Shown here: positions 17,348 through 26,042 of the stretch, piece after piece
How positions within the stretch are numbered: the stretch's first letter is position 1
How the letters are laid out: the number at the start of each line of letters is the position of its first letter
Source of the DNA: Candidatus Parcubacteria bacterium
GTDB taxonomy: Bacteria; Patescibacteriota; Patescibacteriia; Magasanikbacterales; UBA922
Direction: 5' to 3'
Assembly (NCBI GenBank): GCA_018646705.1
Contig: JABGUG010000009.1
Span: 1 to 54,756 of the forward strand
Length of the DNA stretch: 54,756 bases
The notes under the pieces: model-generated
What the model was told of the DNA's origin: nothing
Database searches by the model: none
The model's input: the letters and a program-made list of their open reading frames with translations, nothing else
Position numbers and translations under genes: made by a program

Positions 17348-17375
17348 GTGTCGTATAAGATATATTGTGCGACAC
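17348..17375. other. dif-like 28-bp site (11-bp arm, 6-bp centre, 11-bp arm)
   Basis: GTGTCGTATAA-GATATA-TTGTGCGACAC, compared with E. coli dif GGTGCGCATAA-TGTATA-TTATGTTAAAT. It lies between convergent gene blocks. Confidence 0.35.
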
Positions 17376-17412
17376 CTCTATTCTCTTACAATATCGCTTC
17401 AAACCCTACTCC

Positions 17413-18438
17413 CTATCGCAAATATACCCTTCCCTCATAACGAAGATCTATATAATTTATTTGTGGGCGTTTAACTTTTTCTTTTAAAATTGTTTTTAGT
17501 TTTTCAATTTGAGAAGATACATCATTTTCAAAATGTGTCTTTATTACCCAACCTTCATACGTTGAGACAACAAAGTCCCCTACTTCGCCTTCTATCACAA
17601 AATATTTCAGTGGTATGTCTGTAGTTTTTGTAAGTATATTAAACCATTCTATTAGCGACTGAATTTCCTTAGAACTCAAAACAGCCTCATTAATCTCTAC
17701 TGTCTTTTCTCGTTTATCATATACTATTGGATAATCACCTAGCTCATTTATAAGTGTCTTTGTATCTGGCACATGCTTTCTTTCAATGATTTTTTCGTGG
17801 GTTTCAATCTCACCTTCCGCATTAGTACTTGTAGCTGTTTCTGTTTTAATATTCCATTCATAGTCCCCTACGTTTCTCATTTTTTCTACTACATTACCTT
17901 CCAAACCAATATAACTATATTCTTTTCCATTATCATAAATAAGTGTAGAAATTTTTTCTTCTATAATAATAGATAATTTATTTGGAAATGTTTTTTGTAC
18001 AATTACAGAGCGCAAAGGAAAACGTTCTTTTAAAATGTCTCGTATCTCATTTATGTCTGTGAGAAAATAACTTTTTCTAGGAAATATATTCAATGTTTTG
18101 TATGATGATATGCCATCTATCGTGTTTCTTATTTCAGTCTCTCCTATTCTTTGTAAACCAGTGATATTGATATCACTAATATGAAAAAAAGAACTGTATA
18201 TACACATTGCTAGCACAGTGATAGTACTACCTACTAGTATGCTTATTTTTATAATGAAACTCCAGTTATGATCTTTTTTTTGTGTACGATAAGGATTTGA
18301 TTCTCTTCCCTGCCATGAAAAGTCACGCTTTCTTCTATTCCTTGAACCAAAAAGACCTAATAAAAAACCATGAGAACGTTTGAATTTTCGTCCCACTTGC
18401 TTTTTTATTTTGTGGTGGTTGACTATTCTCCTTCTCAT
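17413..18438 (-). CDS. ftsQ: cell division protein FtsQ/DivIB (POTRA domain)
   Basis: Basic N-terminus, one TM, then a POTRA-like ISDINITGLQRIGETEIRNTI. Sits in a cell-wall gene neighbourhood. Confidence 0.7.
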   Translation of the reverse strand: MRRRIVNHHKIKKQVGRKFKRSHGFLLGLFGSRNRRKRDFSWQGRESNPYRTQKKDHNWSFIIKISILVGSTITVLAMCIYSSFFHISDINITGLQRIGETEIRNTIDGISSYKTLNIFPRKSYFLTDINEIRDILKERFPLRSVIVQKTFPNKLSIIIEEKISTLIYDNGKEYSYIGLEGNVVEKMRNVGDYEWNIKTETATSTNAEGEIETHEKIIERKHVPDTKTLINELGDYPIVYDKREKTVEINEAVLSSKEIQSLIEWFNILTKTTDIPLKYFVIEGEVGDFVVSTYEGWVIKTHFENDVSSQIEKLKTILKEKVKRPQINYIDLRYEGRVYLR

Positions 18439-18446
18439 GTGTTTTT

Positions 18447-19469
18447 TTAAAAACCACGTTTTATTCGTCGAAGAGTTTCTATACTCCAGTTAATCCAGTA
18501 TTTCCATGAAACTATATAATCTTGAGCATGCAATACATCTTTATTAAATCCACCAAAACCTTTTTTGAAATGTGTAATGCCAAAGAATGGATGTTTTTTG
18601 TCTGCATTATCTGGTGCTATACCCCAAAAATTATAGTACTTTATTCCTCTCTTTTTTGCGTCTTGAATCACATTCCATTGTATGAGGTAAGACGAAGGTA
18701 ATTTCCTATTTAAATTTAGAGATGCACTATGTCTGTATGCAGCCATGTTTCCATAAAAATATATAACAGCAGAAGCATCAAGCGTCCCATCTGGTAGATA
18801 TGCATTATATACACATACTTCCCCATCATGTTTAAAAGGTTTAAATTCTTCTTCAATATATTTTTTTGGAAAACGGTGAAAGTTATGTTTTTTTGCTGTG
18901 TGGTCTAGAAGTTCATTAAGTTTATCCAAATCTTTTATTTCTGTCTTTTTTTCAATCCGAATCCCCTCTCTATCGCAACGGCGTATTAGATTTCTGTGAT
19001 TTTTATTCATTGCGCTGAGTAATTCATCTTCACTCGGTGTAAGATCTAGGAGCCAAGTATTTTCTGCAAGAGCATGTATGGGAGCTTTTCTATAACCCAT
19101 TTTTTTGTATAGTTTCTTGTGTTCGTCTGTTGCGTCAGCAAAAGGACTTACACGTATAAAAGAATATTTTTCTTTTTTTGCAAATTCAGCAATGTTCTTA
19201 GTCAATATTTTTAAAATATTTTCCTTATCTTTGGTAATTATTGGACCGTAAGGAAGGTAGAGATAATCCCCTCGTCGAGCATGAGTAGATAGTACGAGAG
19301 CGCCTGCAATCAAAATATCCTCTTCATATACTCCAAATACCCAAAAATTTTCTTGAAGATTCTTATAAAACTCTCCATATTTCCAACTTTGATTCATGAG
19401 TGTATACTCTTGTTTTTTTACAAAAGTTTCCCATTTATTTTTGTCTGTGATTTGTTTTACTTTATACAT
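18447..19469 (-). CDS. FemAB family peptidoglycan interpeptide aminoacyltransferase (copy 1)
   Basis: 340 aa with FemAB-like N-terminus (W..F....EYT.MNQSWKYGEFY) and C-terminus (YNFWGI..FKKGFGG). Confidence 0.75.
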   Translation of the reverse strand: MYKVKQITDKNKWETFVKKQEYTLMNQSWKYGEFYKNLQENFWVFGVYEEDILIAGALVLSTHARRGDYLYLPYGPIITKDKENILKILTKNIAEFAKKEKYSFIRVSPFADATDEHKKLYKKMGYRKAPIHALAENTWLLDLTPSEDELLSAMNKNHRNLIRRCDREGIRIEKKTEIKDLDKLNELLDHTAKKHNFHRFPKKYIEEEFKPFKHDGEVCVYNAYLPDGTLDASAVIYFYGNMAAYRHSASLNLNRKLPSSYLIQWNVIQDAKKRGIKYYNFWGIAPDNADKKHPFFGITHFKKGFGGFNKDVLHAQDYIVSWKYWINWSIETLRRIKRGF

Positions 19470-19474
19470 ATTAG

Positions 19475-20467
19475 TTAGGACAAAGGGTGACCAGCTTTTG
19501 CTCTCCCCTTTCTTAATTTTTGCATGATATTAAATAGCTTATATTTGAATGTGTTTAAAATAATTTCTTGTGCATCTGGATATGATTTTAGTTTTCCACT
19601 AAATCCAGCTTTGAATCTCGCGACACCAGTAAGGTTGTGGTCAGCTTGCCAACAATAGCTATGATAGCAGCTCTCCTTATCACTTCCCTTTTTTGATGGA
19701 GGAGCCATGCCCCAAAAATCATACACTTCACACCCAAGTGTCTTGCCAAGTTTTATTGCTTCCCATTGTAATAGATATGGTGCCATCAAATTTCTATGTT
19801 CGTTTGATGACGCACCAATAAAATAATAAAGTGTTTTACCGTGCTTAAACAATATAACGCATGCAACCGGTTTGTTTTCAAAGTAGGAGTTTATTTGATA
19901 TGTATTTGGTAGTTTGAGTAATTTTTCGCAATATGATTTGGGATGACTTTGGTACCTGTTGCGCTTTGTCGTTGTCATATTTAAATCCCAAAACAGTTTT
20001 AAATCCTTTTTATTATCTATAGTGACTCCTTTTCGTTCTGCAAGGCGGATGTTGTATCGAGTTTTTGAATGCATTTGTATGAGTAGGTCATCAACTTGCT
20101 GTGTTATATCTAAAATCCATGTATTCCTTACTTGTATATTAGGACATGTTTTGGATTTGTATTCGTCTGTATCAAATTGTTCTAATAATTCAGCACGTAC
20201 AAATGATATTTTTTGTTTTTTAAAATAATCCAACACTTCTTTTAAATTTCTTTTTGGAATTATACCCCATGGAATATATACGTATGAAATTCCTAATGGA
20301 AGTGTATTTAAAATATATTGAATTTGTACATTTCCATCACCTTCTCCTAGTTGAATACGTTTAACATTTCGTCCTGCTGACTCTAAAAATTCTCCATATT
20401 CCCAAGATTGAAGAAATTCTTTTTTTTCTGTCCATTTATTTTTATCTGTAACTTCTTTAATTTCCAT
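19475..20467 (-). CDS. FemAB family peptidoglycan interpeptide aminoacyltransferase (copy 2)
   Basis: 330 aa and paralogous to the neighbour (FLQSWEYGEFL.., YDFWGM..FKAGFSG). Confidence 0.75.
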   Translation of the reverse strand: MEIKEVTDKNKWTEKKEFLQSWEYGEFLESAGRNVKRIQLGEGDGNVQIQYILNTLPLGISYVYIPWGIIPKRNLKEVLDYFKKQKISFVRAELLEQFDTDEYKSKTCPNIQVRNTWILDITQQVDDLLIQMHSKTRYNIRLAERKGVTIDNKKDLKLFWDLNMTTTKRNRYQSHPKSYCEKLLKLPNTYQINSYFENKPVACVILFKHGKTLYYFIGASSNEHRNLMAPYLLQWEAIKLGKTLGCEVYDFWGMAPPSKKGSDKESCYHSYCWQADHNLTGVARFKAGFSGKLKSYPDAQEIILNTFKYKLFNIMQKLRKGRAKAGHPLS

Positions 20468-21686
20468 AGCTATTTACAAAATCTATAATTTTTTGAGCTT
20501 TGGTTTCATCAATATGGCGATTTGTTGGTAAATTAATTGATTGTGAAGAGAGTTTTTCAGCTACTGGACATGAGCCCTTTTTGTAGCCACTTGCTTCCAA
20601 GGTACAATCCCCTGGCGCAATGACTGTGTCATACCAATTACCAAGCATTATGCCATTCTTTTTTGCTGCCACAATCATATCAAGTGGATTCTTTACTAGA
20701 AGCGCATAGCGTAGATAATTTGATTCATTATTTTTTTCTGGAAGTACAATATCTTTATTTGTAATTTTTTCATTATAAAGATCTGCAATTTTTTGTCTAT
20801 GTCTATTTACTTCATCCATTTTTTCTAATTGATTCAAGAGAATAGAAGCAAAAGAATTAGCAAATTGTGATGGATAAAAAGAAACTTGATTACCTTTTTT
20901 TTCTTCGTCATACATGATTCTACCCAAGATATTTAGTTTTTTTAATATACCTAGAAAGTATCTACCCCCTACTTCATAGAGTGGTTTACCAATAGCAAAA
21001 GCTGGAAATGCAAGTAGGTATTGAATTGTTTTCAATAGTTTTGGTAGAGGAAGATCTTGTTGAAGTTTTTTTATTTTATTTCCAATAATTTTATCAGATG
21101 TTATAAGTGCTCCTCCACGCATAGAAGATACAACTTTGTCAGTGCCAAAACTAAACATACCAATATCACCAGATGTCCCTAGAAACTTTCCATTATGTTT
21201 TACACCAAGTGAGTGTGCACAATCTTCTATAACCTTTAGATTGTGTTTTTTAGCAATATCTAATAGCTTTTCCAAATCAGCTGGTCTACCAAAAGTATGT
21301 TGAATTATTAACACTTTTGATTTGTTAGTTATTTTCTTTTCCAAATCAGCACAATCTATATTTAGATCATTCCCTACATCAACATATACAGGATTTCCGT
21401 GAGCCCATTTGATAGCATTACTTACTACCATGCACGTATATGCTTGTACAAGCACCTCGTCACCTCTCTGTACACCCAAGACCTCTAACCCCTTTTGTAG
21501 GGCTGTTCTGCCGCTGTCAAATGTATATGTATGTGGAATTTCAAAATATGTTTTTAACCATTTTTCTACTTTTTTATTTCCCTTACCTTTTCGCAGTGAA
21601 AACCATTTCCATGGTAATAACAAAAAATCAAGACTTTTCAAAAGATCTTTTGTTGTTGCATTTGGTAGAAAACCGGTGAATATCAT
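20457..21686 (-). CDS. DegT/DnrJ/EryC1/StrS family aminotransferase
   Basis: GDEVLVQAYTCMVVSNAI and the PLP-lysine context SFGTDKVVS. Overlaps both neighbours. Confidence 0.8.
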   Translation of the reverse strand: MIFTGFLPNATTKDLLKSLDFLLLPWKWFSLRKGKGNKKVEKWLKTYFEIPHTYTFDSGRTALQKGLEVLGVQRGDEVLVQAYTCMVVSNAIKWAHGNPVYVDVGNDLNIDCADLEKKITNKSKVLIIQHTFGRPADLEKLLDIAKKHNLKVIEDCAHSLGVKHNGKFLGTSGDIGMFSFGTDKVVSSMRGGALITSDKIIGNKIKKLQQDLPLPKLLKTIQYLLAFPAFAIGKPLYEVGGRYFLGILKKLNILGRIMYDEEKKGNQVSFYPSQFANSFASILLNQLEKMDEVNRHRQKIADLYNEKITNKDIVLPEKNNESNYLRYALLVKNPLDMIVAAKKNGIMLGNWYDTVIAPGDCTLEASGYKKGSCPVAEKLSSQSINLPTNRHIDETKAQKIIDFVNSYGN

Positions 21687-23299
21687 GCGTTTTGTTTTAT
21701 CTCATCTTTTATAAGTTGAGGTACTCTGTTTTCTAGCAATATAACAGAGGATGTTTCTTTTAGAGATTTTATGTATTTCAGTAGTTCTTTTGGTTCAGTT
21801 ATTATTCGAATATTTAGATTAAATTTTGAAGAAACTGAACCTCGCTTTAGTGGATCTACAAAATCAGATGTTATTATGATGAGTTCATCAGCCATAAATG
21901 ATATCTCTCCTCCTATTTTTTCATGTATTTCATAACTTTTATCCCCCAATTCAATCATCCCTCGAGTAATTACAATACGTTTCTGACATGATTTGTATGA
22001 ATTGAGCACTTCAAGAGCAGCTTTGAATCCATCAGGATTTGAATTGTAACTGTCATCTAGTATGATTGACTTACCGTATTGGAGTGGGGCTAGTGATCGT
22101 GTCATGTCTTGAGGATCTGTGTCTGATATTATTATCTCATCTCTAGTCATGCCAAAGAATAATCCAACCAATGTACAAGGCGCAAGATTCATCATATTGT
22201 GTTCACCATAGACTTTTGTCTGAACTTCGCGTTCGTCAGCTGTTCCGTCTTTATTAGTTATCTCAGCTTTACAATAAACTCCCTCGTCATTAGTTTTTAT
22301 ATCTTTTATTAGAAGTGTGGGTTTAAATTCTTCATCCACACCAAATGTTTGCACTTCACATTTCAGCTCATGTAAGAATTCTCTGCAATATTTGTTATCG
22401 GAATTTGTAATAGCAAGTCCGTTATCTGGAAGCGATCTGAGAATTTCATATTTAGCCGTTTGTGTATTTTCTATAGAACCAAATAGACTCATGTGTTGTT
22501 CGTTTATTGCAGTTAGAATTCCAACTTTTGGTTTTATTATGTCACAAATAAGTTTGACGTCCCCTATTTCATCAGCACCTATCTCAGCTACAAATATATC
22601 TTTGTCACTAAAATCATTATTGAGTATAAAACGCATAATACCGAAATGACTGTTTATGTTTTGTGGTGTTTTTATGACATTAAATTTATTTGATAAAATT
22701 TTTGATAGAAAGTTTTTTACTGAAGTCTTACCATAGCTTCCTGTAATGCCTACTACAGTAAGATTTTTATATTGCTGCATTTTTTTTGTTGCACGTATGA
22801 TATATATTTTTTTAATAATCTTTGTTACTACATTTAAGATTAAAACAACTATACTAACAGTGAATAATCTTAAAATTAGTGCAAGAATTAAAATCTGCCA
22901 ATCTTTAGAGAGAACAAGCCATGTAGCCTCTATTCCCATTGATATTAAAATAATCAATAGAGCCTTTATACTAAATTGTGGTCTTTGTACTTTTCTTTCT
23001 AAAAATCTATATGCATTAACAGACAAATCTGTTAAAAAGAATATAACAATTATATACTTTAAAGTTTCGATGTTGTTTAAAGGCCAAAAAAAGACCATTA
23101 TGGCTATAATTCCTCTATACAGTAAACTATATCGTGATAAAAATTCTTTACCTCGTTTTGTACTAAGAAAATCACGAAATCTGTCCAATCTATACCATTT
23201 TAATTGCCAAACATAACATAGACCAGCATAATCAAAAGAAGCGCTAATAAACCAAAGTATTGCGATGGTTATATTTAGTAATGTAAAATATTGAGCCAT
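21683..23299 (-). CDS. Mur ligase family protein (MurF-like) with an N-terminal polytopic membrane domain
   Basis: GITGSYGKTS P-loop followed by Mur central and C-terminal domains. The first ~170 aa are four or five hydrophobic helices in place of the usual soluble MurF N-domain. Confidence 0.7.
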   Translation of the reverse strand: MAQYFTLLNITIAILWFISASFDYAGLCYVWQLKWYRLDRFRDFLSTKRGKEFLSRYSLLYRGIIAIMVFFWPLNNIETLKYIIVIFFLTDLSVNAYRFLERKVQRPQFSIKALLIILISMGIEATWLVLSKDWQILILALILRLFTVSIVVLILNVVTKIIKKIYIIRATKKMQQYKNLTVVGITGSYGKTSVKNFLSKILSNKFNVIKTPQNINSHFGIMRFILNNDFSDKDIFVAEIGADEIGDVKLICDIIKPKVGILTAINEQHMSLFGSIENTQTAKYEILRSLPDNGLAITNSDNKYCREFLHELKCEVQTFGVDEEFKPTLLIKDIKTNDEGVYCKAEITNKDGTADEREVQTKVYGEHNMMNLAPCTLVGLFFGMTRDEIIISDTDPQDMTRSLAPLQYGKSIILDDSYNSNPDGFKAALEVLNSYKSCQKRIVITRGMIELGDKSYEIHEKIGGEISFMADELIIITSDFVDPLKRGSVSSKFNLNIRIITEPKELLKYIKSLKETSSVILLENRVPQLIKDEIKQNA

Positions 23300-23300
23300 A

Positions 23301-24014
23301 CTAGGTTAATATAGTTTTCTTTAATATATTTAGTAGATATTTTTTGTTATGTATATGAAGACCATGTCTACCACCTTTAATAATTTCTAATGATGAGTCT
23401 GGAATAAGTTTTGCAATACGCTTACCTTGAATAACAGGCACATAAGAATCATCTTCTCCCCAAACGACAAATGTTTTTACTTTAACATTGGGTAGTAAAT
23501 ATCCAAGATCTTGTCGTATTATTTTTTGGAATATTTCTTTTTTTCTACCAGATGTATGTGTGTAGTCTGGTGACTTTGCAAAACGATATAATATTTTTTT
23601 CATTACAATTTCAAGTCGGTTTAATATAGGAAGTCTAAATATTAGCTTTCCTATTTTTGCGAGTACATAAAATATTGTTCTTTTCAAACTCTTCTTTGGT
23701 CTAAATATTGCAGCACCACTTAAAACAAGCTTGTCAATAAGCTTTGGATTTTTTGCAACAATATAGGTTGCTATTTGTCCACCAAAAGAATGTCCAAGTA
23801 GAATTTTTTTCCCTTTTATTTTTTTAATTTTTTCTATTGCAAAATTTGCATACTCATCTACTCCCCATATCATATCTGGACATGGTTCATTACCAAAACA
23901 TGGAAGTTCAATACACATAACTTCAAAATACCTTTCTGCTAGAGTTATGAAATCTGACCATGTTTGAAAGTTTCCTCCCCAACCCGGTATGATAATGAGG
24001 TTTGGCTTAATCAT
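23301..24014 (-). CDS. alpha/beta hydrolase
   Basis: Nucleophile elbow GHSFGG. 237 aa. Confidence 0.75.
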   Translation of the reverse strand: MIKPNLIIIPGWGGNFQTWSDFITLAERYFEVMCIELPCFGNEPCPDMIWGVDEYANFAIEKIKKIKGKKILLGHSFGGQIATYIVAKNPKLIDKLVLSGAAIFRPKKSLKRTIFYVLAKIGKLIFRLPILNRLEIVMKKILYRFAKSPDYTHTSGRKKEIFQKIIRQDLGYLLPNVKVKTFVVWGEDDSYVPVIQGKRIAKLIPDSSLEIIKGGRHGLHIHNKKYLLNILKKTILT

Positions 24015-24015
24015 G

Positions 24016-24612
24016 CTAATTCAATAATGTTGGTAATATATCTACACCGTTAAATTCATCAAGAATTACTTCTGTAACTTCGCCTTCTTCGAATATGACG
24101 TACAGTCCTGTAGGCTCTTCAGACGATGTATGGTAAACCCAGATTTGATTTGTTGGGTAGTTGCGAAGTAATACTGGAGGCTCACCAAGTATTTCACGTA
24201 CATCTTCTACGTTTTTCCCAACAAGTTTTGATACAACTTCCTCACCATCCTCAGTATCTTCCTCTGGCTGTTCTGGAATATATTCTCCCCAACCTTCTTT
24301 TGGATTTTCTACAATCTCCATGAGAGCTATCAAATCGCTCTTCTCTTCTTCTAGAGTTTTCACATCGGTTGTTAGATCATTAATTTCATTTTGTTGTTCA
24401 GCATTTAGTTGGGCGACTTCTACACAACTTTTTGAATTTAGAATTTCTACTTTCTTCATTTCTTTGCTGTGCCATGAATACATAAGGCTCACCACAACTA
24501 TTGCTGTAATAACAAACGTAGTCGCGATAATTGCACCAAATGGACATGATTTTTCTGGTAATGGTGTTGGTGCTACTAGTTTTTTAGCTGGAGCTTTTTT
24601 CTTTGGAGGCAT
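24016..24612 (-). CDS. membrane-anchored hypothetical protein
   Basis: Basic N-terminus, one TM (FGAIIATTFVITAIVVVSLMY), a coiled coil and an acidic stretch. Confidence 0.5.
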   Translation of the reverse strand: MPPKKKAPAKKLVAPTPLPEKSCPFGAIIATTFVITAIVVVSLMYSWHSKEMKKVEILNSKSCVEVAQLNAEQQNEINDLTTDVKTLEEEKSDLIALMEIVENPKEGWGEYIPEQPEEDTEDGEEVVSKLVGKNVEDVREILGEPPVLLRNYPTNQIWVYHTSSEEPTGLYVIFEEGEVTEVILDEFNGVDILPTLLN

Positions 24613-24648
24613 AGTATTTAGTTTAAGAATATAAAATTAAAAAAATAA

Positions 24649-25890
24649 TTATTTCAGAACTTTTTTTCCACCCATGTAAGGTTGTAATACTTTTGGAATT
24701 GTGACACTTCCATCTTCTTGTTGATTGTTTTCAATAATAGCAATTGGAAAACGGCTCATTACAACTGCAGTACCATTTAGTGTGTGAACATATTCATTTT
24801 TACCTGCTTCATTTTTGTGTTTAATATTAAGTCTGCGAGCTTGATAGTCTGTACAATTACTTGTGCTGGTAATTTCACCATATCCTTCAAGCATGGTCAT
24901 ATGAGCTTCTAGATCATATTTACGGTATGCTGGGCCGCCTAGATCCCCTGTTGCAATATCTATCACACGATAAGGAATCTCGAGTCCGTCACAGATTTCT
25001 TTTTCAATATTCAAAAGTTCTTCATGAAGAGATTGACTATCTTCTGGTTTACAGAATATGAACATCTCGAGTTTGGTGAATTGATGTACACGATATAATC
25101 CTTTGCTTGTTCTACCATAGCTTCCTGCTTCTGTTCGAAAACAATGTGAGAGTGCCACATATTTTTTTGGTCCTTCACTTAGGTCAAGTACCTCATCTGC
25201 ATGATATCCAAGCACTGTGATTTCTGCAGTACCAACCAGACTCAAATCTTCATCTTGAATATTATAAATTTGTTTTTCTTCACCACGTGGATTAAACCCA
25301 GCCCCTTTCAGAATTTCATGTTTTGCCAAATCTGGTGTTTCTAGTAATTCAAATCCATGTTTACCTACAACATCAAGACCATAATTGATAAGTGCCTGAT
25401 TAAGACGCACCATGTCATTTTTTACAAAGTAAAATTTACTTCCGGCAACTTTTGCACCTCGTTCAAAATCAATTAAGTTTAAATTTGTAAGCAGCTCTTC
25501 GTGGTCTTTTGGTTTAAAACCAAAGTCAGGTATTTTTCCGTGCTCACTAATTACAACAAAGTCTTCTTCTCCCCCAATAGGACTATCTGGATGAGTTGCA
25601 TTTGGGATTTGTAAAAGAAGATCATTGTATTCAGTTTCAATTTCATTTTGTCGTTCTTCAAAATGCTTTATTTTATCCCCTACTTCACGCATGTGTGTGA
25701 TTTCTTCATCACTTGGCTTACCTTTGCTTTTTTCATTTCTTTCAGCACGGAGAGCCTCTATCTGTTGCTTAAAATCACGACGTTCTTCATCAAGCTCCAG
25801 AAGTCTACCAATATTTACATTAACATTTCTATTTTTACAATTCTCTTTTACAATATCTATGTTATCGCGTATATATTTGATATCTAGCAT
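24649..25890 (-). CDS. serS: serine--tRNA ligase
   Basis: N-terminal coiled-coil arm (MLDIKYIRDN..) and a class II core (FRTEAGSYGR, GTAVVMSR). Confidence 0.92.
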   Translation of the reverse strand: MLDIKYIRDNIDIVKENCKNRNVNVNIGRLLELDEERRDFKQQIEALRAERNEKSKGKPSDEEITHMREVGDKIKHFEERQNEIETEYNDLLLQIPNATHPDSPIGGEEDFVVISEHGKIPDFGFKPKDHEELLTNLNLIDFERGAKVAGSKFYFVKNDMVRLNQALINYGLDVVGKHGFELLETPDLAKHEILKGAGFNPRGEEKQIYNIQDEDLSLVGTAEITVLGYHADEVLDLSEGPKKYVALSHCFRTEAGSYGRTSKGLYRVHQFTKLEMFIFCKPEDSQSLHEELLNIEKEICDGLEIPYRVIDIATGDLGGPAYRKYDLEAHMTMLEGYGEITSTSNCTDYQARRLNIKHKNEAGKNEYVHTLNGTAVVMSRFPIAIIENNQQEDGSVTIPKVLQPYMGGKKVLK

Positions 25891-25903
25891 ATGTTTTTTA
25901 TGG

Positions 25904-26036
25904 TTGTCATTCCGACCAAAGTCACGACGTTAGGAGTGGCGAAGTGGAGGAATCCCTTTCTTAAGAAAAATTAGTTTTAAGAAAGGGATTCCTCGACTCC
26001 AACTTCACTTCGTTTCGTCGTCGCTCGGAATGACAA
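25904..26036. repeat. Rep-B locus: 133-bp imperfect palindrome
   Basis: Outer arms TTGTCATTCCGA and TCGGAATGACAA. Inner perfect 18-bp arms GAGGAATCCCTTTCTTAA (25947-25964) and TTAAGAAAGGGATTCCTC (25977-25994) around a 12-nt loop. Confidence 0.9.
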
Positions 26037-26042
26037 TGTGAT

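Noticed and set aside
24161-24634. 157-aa + strand ORF opposite the 198-aa membrane protein gene
   Set aside because: Its Ser/Phe-rich low-complexity translation is antisense to an ORF that fits the operon spacing (1 nt after the preceding gene and directly before the hydrolase gene).
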